64,000 nt of DNA from the NCBI RefSeq assembly GCF_004010195.1, contig NC_057750.1, positions 9,558,062 through 9,622,061 of the forward strand. Reading direction: 5' to 3'. A program made the position numbers and the translations under genes. The DNA comes from Chiloscyllium plagiosum. Lineage: Eukaryota. Under the pieces are notes generated by a model. That model had not been told where the DNA came from, searched no databases, and was given only the letters and a program-made list of their open reading frames with translations. This document shows, piece after piece, positions 10,985 to 23,772 of the stretch; the stretch's first letter is position 1, and every line of letters begins with the position of its first letter.

Positions 10985-12170
10985 CTCCACACTTAGCATG
11001 GCCAATCCACCTCACCTGCATAACCCTGGACACTATGGGGCAATTTAGCACAGCCAATCCACCAAACCTGCACATCCCTGGACACTATGGGAAAGTTACT
11101 ATCGGGTTTGAGAAGATTTGTAGCTCAGATTGAGGTTTTGGATGTAGGTTTGCTCACTGAGCTGCAAGGTTCATTTCCAGACATTTTGTTTCCTTACTAC
11201 GTAACATCTTCAGTGGGCCTCAGGCGGAGCAATGCTGACAATTCCTGCTTTCTATTTATATGTTTAGGTTTCTTTGGGTTGGTGATGTTATTTCCTGTAG
11301 TGAAGTCACTTCCTGCTCCATTTCTCAGGGGGTGGTAGATGGGGTCTAACTCGATGTGTTTGTTGACAGAGATCTGGTTGGAATGCCATTCTTCTAGGAG
11401 CCTAGAGGCACGGCCAATCCACCCTAACCTGCACATCCCTGGGCACTATGGGACAATTTAGCATGGCCAATCCACCCTAACCTACACATCCCTGGTCTCT
11501 ATGGGCAATTTAGCATGGCCAATCCACCCTAACCTGCACACAACTGGATACTATGGGGCAATTTAGCATGGCCAATCCACCCTAACCTGCACATTCCTGA
11601 ACACTATGGAGCAATTTAGCATGGCCAATCCACCCTAACCTGCACATCCCTGGGCACTATGGAGCAATTTAGCATGGCCAATCCACCCTAACCTGCACAT
11701 CCCTGGTCACTATGGGGCAATTTAGCATGGCCAATCCACCCTAACCTGCACATCCCTGGTCTCTATGGGGCAATTTAGCATGGCCAATCCACCCTAACCT
11801 GCACATCCCTGGTCACTATGGGGCAAGTTAGCACGGCCAATCTACCCTAACCTGCACATCCCTGGTCTCTATGGGGCAATTTAGCATGCCAATCCACCCT
11901 ACCCTGCACATCCCTGGATACTATGGGTAATTTAGCATGGCCAGTCTATCTACCCTGCACATCCCTGGATACTATGGGTAATTTAGCATGGCCAGTCTAT
12001 CTAGCCTGCACATCCCTGGATACTATGGGTAATTTAGCATGGCCAATCTATCTAGCCTGCACATCCCTGGATTGTATGGGTTATTTTGCATTGCCAATCC
12101 ACCCTAACCTGCACCTCCCTGGATATTATGGGTAATATAGTATGGCCAATCCACCCTAACCTGCAAATCC
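10985..12170. repeat. Tandem array of a ~52-bp unit derived from the HE1 SINE body
   Basis: About 16 copies of ctatggggcaatttagcatggccaatccaccctaacctgcacatccctgg(tc/ata); interrupted by a Penelope fragment. Confidence 0.9.
11092..11405 (-). mobile_element. Penelope-like (Poseidon-type) element 3' fragment
   Basis: LLEEWHSNQISVNKHIELDPIYHPLR, a GIY-YIG C-terminal motif, plus a degenerate CTGAAGA hammerhead remnant. Confidence 0.75.
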
Positions 12171-13974
12171 TCGGACCTATATTCTTCATCCACTTCAGAT
12201 TCGTCAGGGACATGAAGCCGGCGTCAAGCTTGATGCTCCAGGTTATTTGCTCAGTGATAATGGACCTTGCACCACCTTCCCTGCACAGACTGGAATGGCT
12301 TTGTCAAGCCGCTTAATTGCGCCCTACTGCTACAGAAATCAGCACCTTGGGAGAACCATGGCAGAGGATAGCTCATCACTATCCTCTCAAGGGCAGGAGG
12401 TATCGATCTCATCAGATGTTCACATCCCAAGTGTTAATAAAAGAGGTCTCCCCCCTTCTCTCTCCCTTGTCGAATCCAGCAGGCTGCCATGCTTCCTGAG
12501 CTCCCATGGGTCTCCTTAATTGGATTGCAGACCTGCCCTTTGGCTTTATAGAATCCTCACACTGTAGATGAAGGCCATTCAGCCCATTGAGTCTGCACTG
12601 ACCCTCTCAAGAGCATCCCAACTCATTCTGCATTTATACTTCAGCGAATAAAATCAGTATTAGGCGATTGCTCTTCACACAGAGCATAGGTTTGGGGACC
12701 ACATTGGACCCTGATTTAGTAGGCCCAAAATTCTGCCTGCAGTCTGAATTCCTTTCCCACCCCGAGCACGTTGGTCTCATTACCCTTGTACCGAAAGATG
12801 GTGTCCCTTTTAAGGGGAAACTGCTAAAATTCAGTGAAATGTCTCATCTTCAGGGCCCCATCCACCATCCGGAATCCCCAAGCAATCAACATTCATCCAG
12901 TTGACTTAAGTGACCCTTAGGGCCTGTAAATAACACAGCGAGTGATGGCCTAGCCTGCTAGATAAATCACCGAAAGGCACTTTTATTGTAGGATTATTGA
13001 TCAGCTAAAAATACCAGGCAGAGCTAATCACTCACACGCTGAAATGTACATCCATCTTACTAATGGCTCACCTGAAGATGACGAGAGAGTGAGAGCCTTA
13101 AAAGGACCTGTGTTATGGTCAAAGGAGTAAGACATTGCTTTCATAACAAAAACTTGCATTTATGTAGAACTTTATGGACATACAAAATAGGAGCAGCGGT
13201 ACACCTCTCACCTCCGCTCCAATGTGGCTAATCTGATAGGGGCCTCAACTCCATATTCCTGCCCAGGCCCATTAAGCATTGATGCCCTTGTTGGTTCAGT
13301 CAAGGAGCTGTGTGTATCTCAAGCCCCTGAATGTCCTTGACAACAATAATTCGCTTTGATTACACTGTGGAGCGTTCACCCACAATCAGATCCCACTACC
13401 TCATTTCGATTTATTTAATATTGTCACTTGTGCCGAGGTACAGCAGGTAATGTCGCCACATTCCAGCACCATCTTGGATTACAGAATAAATCACTGAATG
13501 AATTGCATAAATGATTAAATACTGAATAAATTAGTGCACTCCTTTCTGCTATTATGTGTGTTTTGTCAGCACGAATTGGCTGGAACACAATTGATGAATT
13601 GGTGAATGCTGTTCGTAAAAATGCAAATTTTCGCAAACGATGTTGCGCGATTTCATCCCCAACATCTGAAGTGTGGCTTTATTGTGCAACATTCTAGAGG
13701 AAGCAGTTGTACAAGAACACACCTATCGCGTTCTACCACAGAGGGCGGTATCGAATTGATATTGGTAAGGCTGAAACAGCTTTAGAAGTTCAGGTCTCTC
13801 TGCGTAGCCCTCACCCTCTGTACTCTGCCAGTCGCTCCTGCCTAACGTCGGCCCCTGGGGTCCTGGTAACGTGCACCTTTTATACTGGCACTGGGGCTGC
13901 CACTTCCACTTCCGCCACCTCCTAGCTGCAGACGGTCACACTGCGTGGGTCCCATGCCTCCTCCCAATGCTGGA

Positions 13975-14340
13975 CATTGGCTCTGAGTCCACCAATGGGA
14001 TTCTGGCTACGAGTTGGCCAATGGGGTCCTGGCTCTGTGTCAACCATTGCGGTCCCGGCTCCAGGTCAACCAATGAGGTCCCGGCTCCAAGTCGACCAAT
14101 GGGGTCCCACCTCTGAGTCGACCAATGGGGTCCTGGCTCCAACTCGATCAATGGGGTCCCAGTTCCAAGTTGACCAATGGTTTCCTAGCTCTGAGTCGAC
14201 CAATGGAGTTCTGGCTCCGAGTCGGCCAATGGGGTGCTGGCTCCGAGTTGACCAGTGCAGTCCTGGCTCTGAGTCGGCCAATGGGGTCCCAGCTCCTAGT
14301 CAGCCAATGGGGTGCTGGCTCCGAGTTGACCAATAGGGTG
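13975..14340. repeat. 26-bp minisatellite (~14 units)
   Basis: Unit ccaatggggtcctggctccgagtcga; CCAAT at 13992, 14018 and onward. Confidence 0.9.
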
Positions 14341-14411
14341 CCGGATTCGCGTCAAACTCTTGACTGGGGCTGCTACCCTGGGCCAACCTGGGAGCCCTGG
14401 CTGACAGACAT

Positions 14412-14672
14412 AGAATCATAGAGTCATAGAGATGTACAGCATGGAAACAGACTCTTCAGTCCAACCCACCCATACCGACCAGATATCCCAACTCAATCTA
14501 GTCCCACCCGCCAGCACCTGGCCCATATCTCTCCAACACTTCCTATTCATATATCCATCCAAATGCCTTTTAAATGTTGCAATTGTACCAGCCTCAACCA
14601 CTTCCTCTGGCAGCTCATGCCATACACGTACCACCCTCTGTGTGAAAAAGTTGCCCCTTAGGTCTCTTTTAT
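14412..14672 (-). mobile_element. CR1/HER1 LINE 3' end
   Basis: RDLRGNFFTQRVVRVWHELPEEVVEAGTIATFKRHLD and ctatgact tail. Confidence 0.9.
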
Positions 14673-14707
14673 ATAGACAATAGACAATAGGCAATAGGTG
14701 CAGGAGT

Positions 14708-15207
14708 NNNNNNNNNNNNNNNNNNNNNNNNNNNNNNNNNNNNNNNNNNNNNNNNNNNNNNNNNNNNNNNNNNNNNNNNNNNNNNNNNNNNNNNNNNNNN
14801 NNNNNNNNNNNNNNNNNNNNNNNNNNNNNNNNNNNNNNNNNNNNNNNNNNNNNNNNNNNNNNNNNNNNNNNNNNNNNNNNNNNNNNNNNNNNNNNNNNNN
14901 NNNNNNNNNNNNNNNNNNNNNNNNNNNNNNNNNNNNNNNNNNNNNNNNNNNNNNNNNNNNNNNNNNNNNNNNNNNNNNNNNNNNNNNNNNNNNNNNNNNN
15001 NNNNNNNNNNNNNNNNNNNNNNNNNNNNNNNNNNNNNNNNNNNNNNNNNNNNNNNNNNNNNNNNNNNNNNNNNNNNNNNNNNNNNNNNNNNNNNNNNNNN
15101 NNNNNNNNNNNNNNNNNNNNNNNNNNNNNNNNNNNNNNNNNNNNNNNNNNNNNNNNNNNNNNNNNNNNNNNNNNNNNNNNNNNNNNNNNNNNNNNNNNNN
15201 NNNNNNN
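14708..15207. other. Assembly gap (500 N)
   Basis: Run of N. Confidence 1.
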
Positions 15208-15835
15208 GTGTACTGGTCGGTGAGGGACTGGGTGTACTGGCCGGTGAGGGACTGGGTGTACTGGCCGGTGATGGACTGGGTGTACTGGCTGGTGTTGGAC
15301 TGGGTGTACTGGCTGGTGTTGGACTGGGTGTACTGGTCGGTGAGGGACTGGGTGTACTGGTCGGTGTTGGAGTGGGTGTACTGGCCGGTGTTGGACTGGG
15401 TGTACTGGCTGGTGTTGGAGTGGGTGTACTGGCCGGTGTTGGACTGGGTGTACCGGTCGGTGAGGGACTGGGTGTACTGGTCGGTGTTGGACTGGGTGTA
15501 CTGGCCGGTGTTGGACTGGGTGTACTGGCTGGTGTTGGACTGAGTGTACTGGTCGGTGAGGGACTGGGTGTACTGGTCGGTGTTGGACTGGGTGCACTGA
15601 CCGGTGTTGGACTGGGTGTACTGGTCCGTGTTGGACTGGGTGAACTGGTCAGTGTTGGACTGGGTGCACTGGCCGGTGTTGGACTGGGTGTACTGGTCCG
15701 TGTTGGACTGGGTGCACTGACCGGTGTTGGACTGAGTGCACTGGCCGGTGTTGGACTGGGTGCGCTGACCTGTGTTGGACTGGGTGCACTGGCCGGTGAG
15801 GGATTGGGTGCACTGGCCGGTGAGGGATTGGGTCT
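15208..15835. repeat. 24-bp minisatellite (~26 units, truncated by the gap)
   Basis: Unit gtgtactggYcggtgttggactgg. Confidence 0.95.
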
Positions 15836-15881
15836 GTAGGCAGGATGTTTATTCTGACGGGAGATTCTAAAATTAAATTGT

Positions 15882-16265
15882 GTGGCGTGGTGGCTCAGTG
15901 GTTAACACTGCTATCTCACAGCACCAGAGACCCAGGTTCAATCCCAGCCTCAGGTGAGTGTGGAGTTTGCACATTCTCCCCATGTCTGCGTGGATCTCTT
16001 CTGGGTGCTTTGGTTTCCTCCCACAGTCCAAAGGTGTGCAGGTCAGGGTGGATTGGCCATGCTAAATTACCCCATAGTGTTCAGGGATGTGCTGGTTAGG
16101 GCGGATTGGCTATGCTAAATTACCCCATAGTGTTCAGGGATGTGTAGGTTAGGTGCATTGGTCATGGAAAAATGTTGGGGAATGAGTCTGGGTGGGATAC
16201 TCTTTGGAGGGTTAGTGTGGACTTGTTGGGCCGAAGGGCCTGTTTCCACACTGTAGGGATTCTAT
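15882..16265 (+). mobile_element. HE1-type tRNA-derived V-SINE
   Basis: A box gtggctcagtggtta, B box ggttcaatccc, V-domain gtgtggagtttgcacattctcccc, LINE-like tail gggccgaagggcctgtttccacactgtag. Confidence 0.9.
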
Positions 16266-17809
16266 TTTAAAAACGGAATCTAATCGGGGTGTCTGTGTTT
16301 AAAGCAGAGACAAGGCAAAATGGTTTCTTTCTAAGGGTTGTGAACTGCCTTCCTGAAAAACTGGTGGAACCAGACTCCTTGAATATTTTAAGACAGAGGG
16401 ACAGACTCTTGTTCAGCAAAAGGGAGCGAAAGGTTATCAGGGTTTGATAGGAATGCAGATTCAATCTGTTGAGCCATGATCTCATTGAATGGTGGAAATA
16501 GCTCGAGGGGCTGAATGGTCTACTCCACCTCCTAGTGTGTGTCTTTATACCCCCTCAGGTTTGGAACACCCCAACAGGAGATGGGTAAATAGCCTCCTCT
16601 GGTTTCTCCAGCACCTAAAGCGACCCTTCGGCCCAATCAGTCCATGCTGAACATAATCCCACGTTAAACCCGTCCCACCTGCCTGCTCCTGGCCCATATC
16701 CCTCCAAACCTTTCCCATTTATGTCCTGATCCAAGTGGCTTTTAAACGTTGTATGTATACCCACATCCACTGGGAGTTCATTCCTCCCACAAACCATGCT
16801 CTGCGTTAAAGATTTGCCCCTCATGTGTTTTTAAATCTCTCTCCTCTCATCTTAAAAATATGCCCCTTGATCATGAAATCTCCCATCCTCGGGAAAAGAC
16901 ACCTACCATTAATTCTATCTACAGCCCTCCTTATTTTATTAACTTTTATCAGGTCCCTCTCAGTCTCCTACGCCCCGATGAGGGAAGATCCAGCCTATCT
17001 ACCCTCTCCTTCCCAATTTTAAGTGCCTTCTTTAGGTCACCTATCAGCCTTCACTATATCAATGCTGGGCTCTAACCCGCTCAGTCGTCGCTCGCAGTTA
17101 TAATCTGGTCTCATCCTCGCAAAATCTTTCCTTTCTTCAAAACACCATTTGCCAAGCTCCTAAGTCTTTGCTTGGGAGATGGAGACCAGCACTCTGCTCT
17201 CTGCACAGCGCACTGTGCAAAGTTCAGTATTACTTCAAAGGCATTTCTCTGCTTTTCCGTCTCGTGTCTGGAGAAAGGAATCGATAGAATCATCGAGTCC
17301 CTGCTGTGCCATTCGGCCCATTGAGTGCACGCCGACCCTCCGACCCAGACCTAACCCTTATCACTGTGACCCAGCATTCCCCATGGCTAACCCACCCAGC
17401 CTGAACATCTCTGGGCACCATGGGACAACGTAGCATGGCCAATCTACCCTAACTCATGTATCTTTGGATTGTGGGAGAAAATCCAGGAGCACCTGGAGGA
17501 AACCCACATTGTCTTCAACTGCTGGCCTATTTCTTCAGTGTAACCATGTCCAGGAAAGAGTGCTGGAGGGGAATTTTCCGAGTCTGGTGATAATGATACA
17601 AGAAATTCCAGACTCTTTACTTACTGCCATTCAACTGTCATTCCATAAATTCCATTCAGTCATTTGATCAGAAATATTACCATCCTGAACAGCACACAAA
17701 TAGCCATTTGAATATGTCAGTAACTTTGAAGGCTAAGTAATAGGATATGACTGCGTGTACTCCATGTTTCATAGTTTCAGCCGAAGGAAGCTATTTTTGT
17801 TTATTTAGC

Positions 17810-18450
17810 CATTTGTGGGATGTGGGAGTCACTGGCTGGGCCAGCATTTATTGCCCGTCCCTAGTTACCCCCTTGAGAAGGTGGGGGTGAGCTGCCTTCT
17901 TGAACCGCTGCAGTCCACGTGCTATGGGTTGACCCACAATGCCCTCAGAGCTGGAATTCCAGGACTTTGACCCAGCGACACTGAAGGAACGGCGATATAT
18001 TTCCAAATCAGGAAGGGGAGTGGCTGGGAGGGGAACATGAAGGGGGAGGTGTTCCCATGCATCTGCTGTTCTTGTCCTTCCTGATGGAAGTGGTTGTTGG
18101 TTTGGAAGGTGCTGTCTGAGGATCTTTGGCGAATTTCTGCAGAGCATCTTGTAGATGGTACACCATGCTGCTACCGAATGTCAGTGGTGGAGGGAGGTGA
18201 TGTTTGAGGATGTGAGGCCAATCAAGCGGGGGCTGCTTTGTCTTGGATGGTGTTGAGCTTCTTGAGTGTTGTTGGAGCTGCCCCAATCCAGGGCAAGTGG
18301 GGGGTATTCCCTCACCCTCCTGACTTGTGCCTTGTAGATGGTGGACAGGCTTTGGGGAGTCAGGAGGTAGTTACTCACTGCAGTGTTCCCAGCCTCTGAC
18401 CTGCTCTTGAAGCCACTGTGTATTTTGTGTGGTGAGTCTAGTTGAGTCTA
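17810..18450 (-). mobile_element. CR1/L2-clade LINE 3' end (second family)
   Basis: LLTPQSLSTIYKAQVRRVREYPPLA..., LQRFKKAAHPHLLKG, tail gggcaataaatgctgggcccagcc. Confidence 0.85.
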
Positions 18451-19436
18451 TTTGACCCATTAAGTCTCTCCTGGCTCTCTATAAGAGCAACTCGGTGAAT
18501 CCCTCATAACGTCCCACATTTCTGCCTTTGCTTCAAATTAGTTTGGTTGGCTGGATAGCTAGTTTGCGCTTCAGAAATCATGCTGGCGGAGGGTGTGTTT
18601 GGTTCCTGCTCAGGAGCCCTGGGATTCGCTGCGTTGCTTGTCTCCCTGAGAATGGGCTGCACAGGTAGATGACCACTGGCAAAAAAAAAAGGCCAAATCC
18701 AGGTTGCAAAATCAGCAGATGACGAGCCAAGGACAGAACACCTTTAGATCAAAGCTGAAACTCAGCAGGTCTGGCAGCTTCTGTGGAGCGAGTGAGAGAG
18801 ACAGAGTTTCAGGTCCAGGAGAAGTCTTTGTCAGGGTGGTCCACTGTGTTTTTCTCTCTCTCTCTCTCTCCACAGATGCTGCCCGACCTGCTGCGTTTCC
18901 TCAGTGTTTGCTTCCGTAGGATTCCGCCTTTGTTCGCAAACAGAGCAGCTCCAGCTCATCTCTGAAAGCCGCAATGTGAATCCGCCTCCACCACACCCAC
19001 CAGGCAGGGCCACGACGATGCTTTTCCTCACCTTGCTGTCATCCCCTTTGCTAATCATCCTTCGATCAGCCCCCTCTGGTCCTCCATTCTACTGCCGATA
19101 GGAACCGTTTCTTCCAATCCACTCTGTCTTAATTCCCATATCGCCTCTTAATCTTCTCTTCCAAGGCAAGCAGCTTATGTCTGCACTCCATCCACAGAAC
19201 TGAACTTCCTCATTCCTGCCCTCTGTCTCATCACTTCACATCCTTTCTAGACTGCTGACCTGGAGGTGATGCTCCATCTGAGGTCAAATCAGCAGTTATT
19301 ACAGGTTTACCATAATGTCCTTACTTTGTATGTTGGTTGGTTGGTTTGCAACACCAGCAGCGCAGGTTCAATTCCCCCACCAGCTGAGGTTACCATGAGA
19401 AGGACTCTCCTTTGCAACCTTTGCCTGAGGTGTGGT

Positions 19437-20025
19437 GAGAATCATAGAATCCCTACAGCGTGGGAACAGGCTATTCAGCCCAACAAGTCCACACCCACCC
19501 TCCGAAGAGTATCCCAGCCAGACCCAGTTGCCTACTATTCTATATTTACCCCTGACTAATGCACCTACACATCCCGGGTTCAATTCCCGCCTCAGATGAC
19601 TGACTGTGTGTGGAGTTTGCACTTTCTCCCCGTGTCTGTGTGGGTTTCCTCCGGGTGCTCCGGTTTCCTCCCACAGTCCAAAGATGTGCAGGTCAGGTGA
19701 ATTGGTCACGCTAAATTGCCCGTAGTGTTAGGTAAGGGGTAAATGTATGGGTGGGTTGCGCTTCGGCGGGTCGGTGTGGACTTGTTGGGCCGAAGGGCCT
19801 GTTTCCACACTGTAAGTAATCTAATCTAATCTAATCCCTGAACACTATGGGCAATTTAGCATGGCCAATCCACCCTAGCCTGCACATCTTTGGACTGTGG
19901 GTGGAAACCCACGCAGACACGGGAGAGAATGTGCAAACTCCACACAGACAGTTGCCTGAGGTGGGAATCGAGGCTAGGTCGCTGGTGCTGTGAGGCAGCA
20001 GGGCTAACTACTGAGCCACCGTGTC
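19437..20025. mobile_element. Nested HE1 SINEs: a + strand copy (~19576-19833) inside a - strand copy
   Basis: Inner copy has a (taatc)n tail and ATCCC duplicated at 19571-19575 and 19834-19838. Confidence 0.8.
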
Positions 20026-21514
20026 CACCCTCAGGGTAAGGCAGCAACAATCATCTCTGTCTCCCTCTCTCTCCATTCGGAGAATAGGACTATGATGACT
20101 TGACTTTCTACTCTTATTCATAAAACCTAGGATGCTTCAGCCTTTATTAAACATTTGCTCAAACTACCGTAGAGTTATCCAGCACAGAAACAGACCCTTC
20201 GGTCCAACCAGTCCATGCTGACCATAATCCCAAACTAAACTAGTCCCACCCGCTGCCTGCTCCTGGCCCATATCCCTCCAAACCTTTCCTAGTCATGTAC
20301 TTCTCCAAATGTCTTTTAAATGTTGCAACTGTACCCGAATCTACCACGGCCTCTGGAAATTCATTCCATACGTGAATCTAAAATAAAAGTTGCCCCTCAT
20401 TCTTTTTAAAATCTTTTTCCTTCTAACTTAAAAATGTGCCCACCCCAGGGAAAAGACACCTGCCATTCACCCTATCCATGCCCCTCATGATTTTATAAAC
20501 CTCTATAAGGTCATCCCTCAGCCTCCAACGCTCCAGATCTCTCCACCCCGGAGGCTCCCAGCCTCATTCCTGATGAAGGGCTTTTGCCCAAATTTGTCGA
20601 TTTTCCTGCTCCTCGGATGCTGCCTGACCTACTGTGCTTTTCCAGCACCGCTCTAATCTAGACTCTGATCTCCAGCATCTGCAGTGCTCACTTTCGCCTG
20701 TAAAACATTCCAGTCTATCCAGTCACTCCTTACAACTCAAACCCTCCATTCCTGGTAAATGTTTTCTCTTGTTAATCCCCCACAGCTTAATAATAGCCTT
20801 CCTACAACAGGATGACCAGAACTGGACACAGTATTCCCAAAGAGGCCTCACCAATGTCCTTCTGCCTTCTACAATTTGGGAACCTACATACCCAGTTCCT
20901 TCAGGCCCCTGCACTCCCTTTTAGAATTATACCCTTTAATTCAGACTGTTTCAACTTAAATTAATCACTTCATATTTCTCTTGATTGAATTAAATCCACA
21001 TGCCTTTTCAATCCACCAAACTATATAAATATGTACACCTTTTTTATAAAGTGCTAATGATCTAAAAACTCGCTACCTACAGGGAGTGGTGGAAACAGAG
21101 ACCATAAATAAATGTCAATAACAAATCAGACAGGCATGCAACAGAAAGATACTTGCAAGTGTAGGGGACAGGGTGGTTTCCATGGACTGGTGAGATCACG
21201 GCTCTGTTGTATGTTCAACTCTAACAGAGTTAGTGCAAGCTGGAGTGAGTCATGGTGTGTGGGACACTTTGGGATTTGATAGCAAATTATTATTTAATAA
21301 AACGGTTCCATTTAAACTGCCCAATTGCTATGGTGTTTACTGTAGCGCAATATAGCAGCTTCCGATATGCCTGAGCTATATTCCGGAAGTTCCACATTAA
21401 TTTGCAATGAATTCATTCCCACAGTTTGGAATCAAGTGGGTCTCCTGGATGAGGAGATCCTTGACTGGGGCTGTCAGCCTGGGCTGACCAATAGAAACAG
21501 AGGATTCCCATTTG

Positions 21515-22065
21515 CCACCAGGCAGTGGGGATCCCCACTAGAGGGCACTCTACGTGGGAGTCCTCCCTCTTTCCCTGGGCAATCTGGGGTGTTTTATGGA
21601 CTCCCAGCCCAGCTGTTTGTTCTATGGGGTCCGTGGACCATGTATATGTGGGGTGCTGACGTCTGCACTCCCTTTTTGATTTTCTTAAAAATCTTGTTTT
21701 TGGTTGCACTTCAGTCCCACGCTCCTGACCTTTGGGCACCCGGTGCAGAAGGGGGAGGGCAGGTCAGAGGACCTCCTCGTGGGTCTGCTCCTGGGCCTGG
21801 TCAGCCTGGCCATAAAAAAGTCCAGGCAGTGGTCTGTGGAGGGGGCAATTTGGGCCAATTGCCTGCCCCTCTTCCACGGTTACACCTGGGCCCGGACGTC
21901 GCTGTGGATGGAGGCCATGGGGGTGTCCACCAATACCCTTGGTCTCTTCAGGGAGAGGGTGGCCTTCGCGGGGAATGGAGTGCTTTATTCTGCCCTACCT
22001 CCCTGTCCCCAGTTCTAATTTGATTCCGTCCCTAACCCTCCACTCCACCTCTTCCACGGAGGCAT
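21515..22065 (+). mobile_element. Tx1 (L1-clade) LINE ORF2 3' fragment
   Basis: HFSPTLLTFGHPVQKGEGRSEDLLVGLLLGLVSLAIKKSRQ...CLPLFHGY..AR.SL, with a decayed zinc-knuckle region upstream. Confidence 0.85.
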
Positions 22066-22079
22066 TGCTTTGCTTGTCA

Positions 22080-22282
22080 GAGTCAAAAAGCGTGACGCTG
22101 GAAAAGCACAGACAGAAAGGCAGCATCCGAGAAGCAGAAGGGTCGACATTTCGAACATATGCTCTTCCTCAGGAAGAAACGTCGACTCTCCTGCTCCTCG
22201 GACCCTGCCTGAACTGCTGTGCTTTTCCAGCACCACACTCTCGACTCTGATCTCCAGCATCTGCAGTCTCCACTTTCTCCTC
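22080..22282. mobile_element. Penelope-derived fold-back insertion
   Basis: Inverted arms; 12-bp TSD CTTTGCTTGTCA (22068-22079, 22283-22294); hammerhead core on - strand at 22145-22172. Confidence 0.8.
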
Positions 22283-22889
22283 CTTTGCTTGTCATTGGTT
22301 CATTAGCTGCACGGGTGTTTTTTTTCTGGTGAGAAAGAAAAGATGTAAACAGGGATTTAGAATCTCCTCAGTGCAGAGGACTGACTCCAAGCTGGCTGGT
22401 CAGAGTTAGTGTGCTGTGCACAGCTAAATCAAGGCGGACTTGGTGACAGGATACCGGCCTCTGTGCACTGATTGTAAAATTTGCAGCCACTCTCCTGCCT
22501 TATGACTTTTTGTAAAAACCCATCTGGTTCACTAATGAACTTTCAGGAAGGGAATCTGGCATTCTTACCTGGTCTGAGCTTACACGTGACCACACAGCAA
22601 TGTGGTCAACTCTTAACCGTCCTCTGAAATGAAAAGAAGCAGACTTGCATTTATATAGTGCCTCTTGCAAGCGCTAGATGTCCTAAGCTCTTTGCAGCCA
22701 CTGGTGGCTTTTGGAAATGTGGTCACTGCTGCAGGGTAGGAACCGCAATAGCCAAAGTGCGCACAGCAAGCTCCCATGATCAGCAATGTAAGAATGTCCG
22801 ACAGTGTCTGTGATGATTGTGGTGCTGGCTGAGGGATGAACGTAGGCCAGGGCACCATGGGAAATCTCCCATTCCTGGTAACAGTGCCA

Positions 22890-23210
22890 CAGTCTTTTCC
22901 CTGGGGTGGGGGAGCCCAGAATTAGAGGGCATAGGTTTAGGGTGAGAGGGAAAGATATAAAAGGGACATAGGGGGCAATTGTTTCCACACAGAGGGTGGT
23001 GTGTGTATGGAATGAGTTGCCAGAGGAAGTGGTGGAGGCTGGTACAATTACAACATTTAAAAGGCATCTGGATGGGTATGTAAATCGGAAGGGTTTAGAG
23101 GGATATGGGCCGGGTGCTGACAATTGGGACTAGATTGGGTTAGGATATCTGGTTAGCATGGACGAGTTGGACTGAAGGGTCTATTTCAGTGCTGTACATC
23201 TCTATGACTC
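22890..23210 (+). mobile_element. CR1/HER1 LINE 3' end
   Basis: Same 3' sequence as the other copies, ending gtacatctctatgactct. Confidence 0.9.
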
Positions 23211-23772
23211 TGCAATGCAGTGACATTGCTAATTATTGCAGGAGTGAGACTCGAACTCAGAGTTTTGTGTTTCTGAGGCAAGAGTGCTGTCCATTTACGG
23301 TCCTCAAGAAGGCAGTTTGTCTAGGGGCAATTAGGAATATAAACGCTGACGCACCCAGTGACATGTTTGATCAAAAATGTATTAAAAAGCATCGTTCTTT
23401 TCACATTTAAATGTTTACTTTGTTTGTGGGGCATGGGTGTTGCGGGTTGAGCCAGAATTTATTGCCTGTCCCTAAGTTGCCCCTTGAGAAAGTCAGGTGG
23501 GGGGGGGGGGCTGCTTTCTGAATACCACCTGTGTATGCTTCATGTGTAGGGACACCCACACAGTGCTGTCAGGAAGGGTCTGACCCATCGACACTTTAGG
23601 AAATGGGCGATAGATTTCCAAATGAAAATTGCGGATGCTGGAAATCAGAAACGAAACCCGAAATTGCTGGAAAAGACTCAACAGGGTCTGGCAGCAGCTG
23701 GGGAATTGAAATCAAGAGTTAATGCGTCAGGTCCAATGACCCTTCCTCAAATTTATTTTCAAATCAAAATAG

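Noticed and set aside
14416..15839. Long ORFs with [16 protein letters not shown] or VLAGVGLG repeats
   Set aside because: Translations of a 24-bp minisatellite and an N gap.
18920..19330. Apparently unique stretch considered as exons of the minus-strand gene
   Set aside because: Its reverse complement matches a heavily decayed CR1 3' end.
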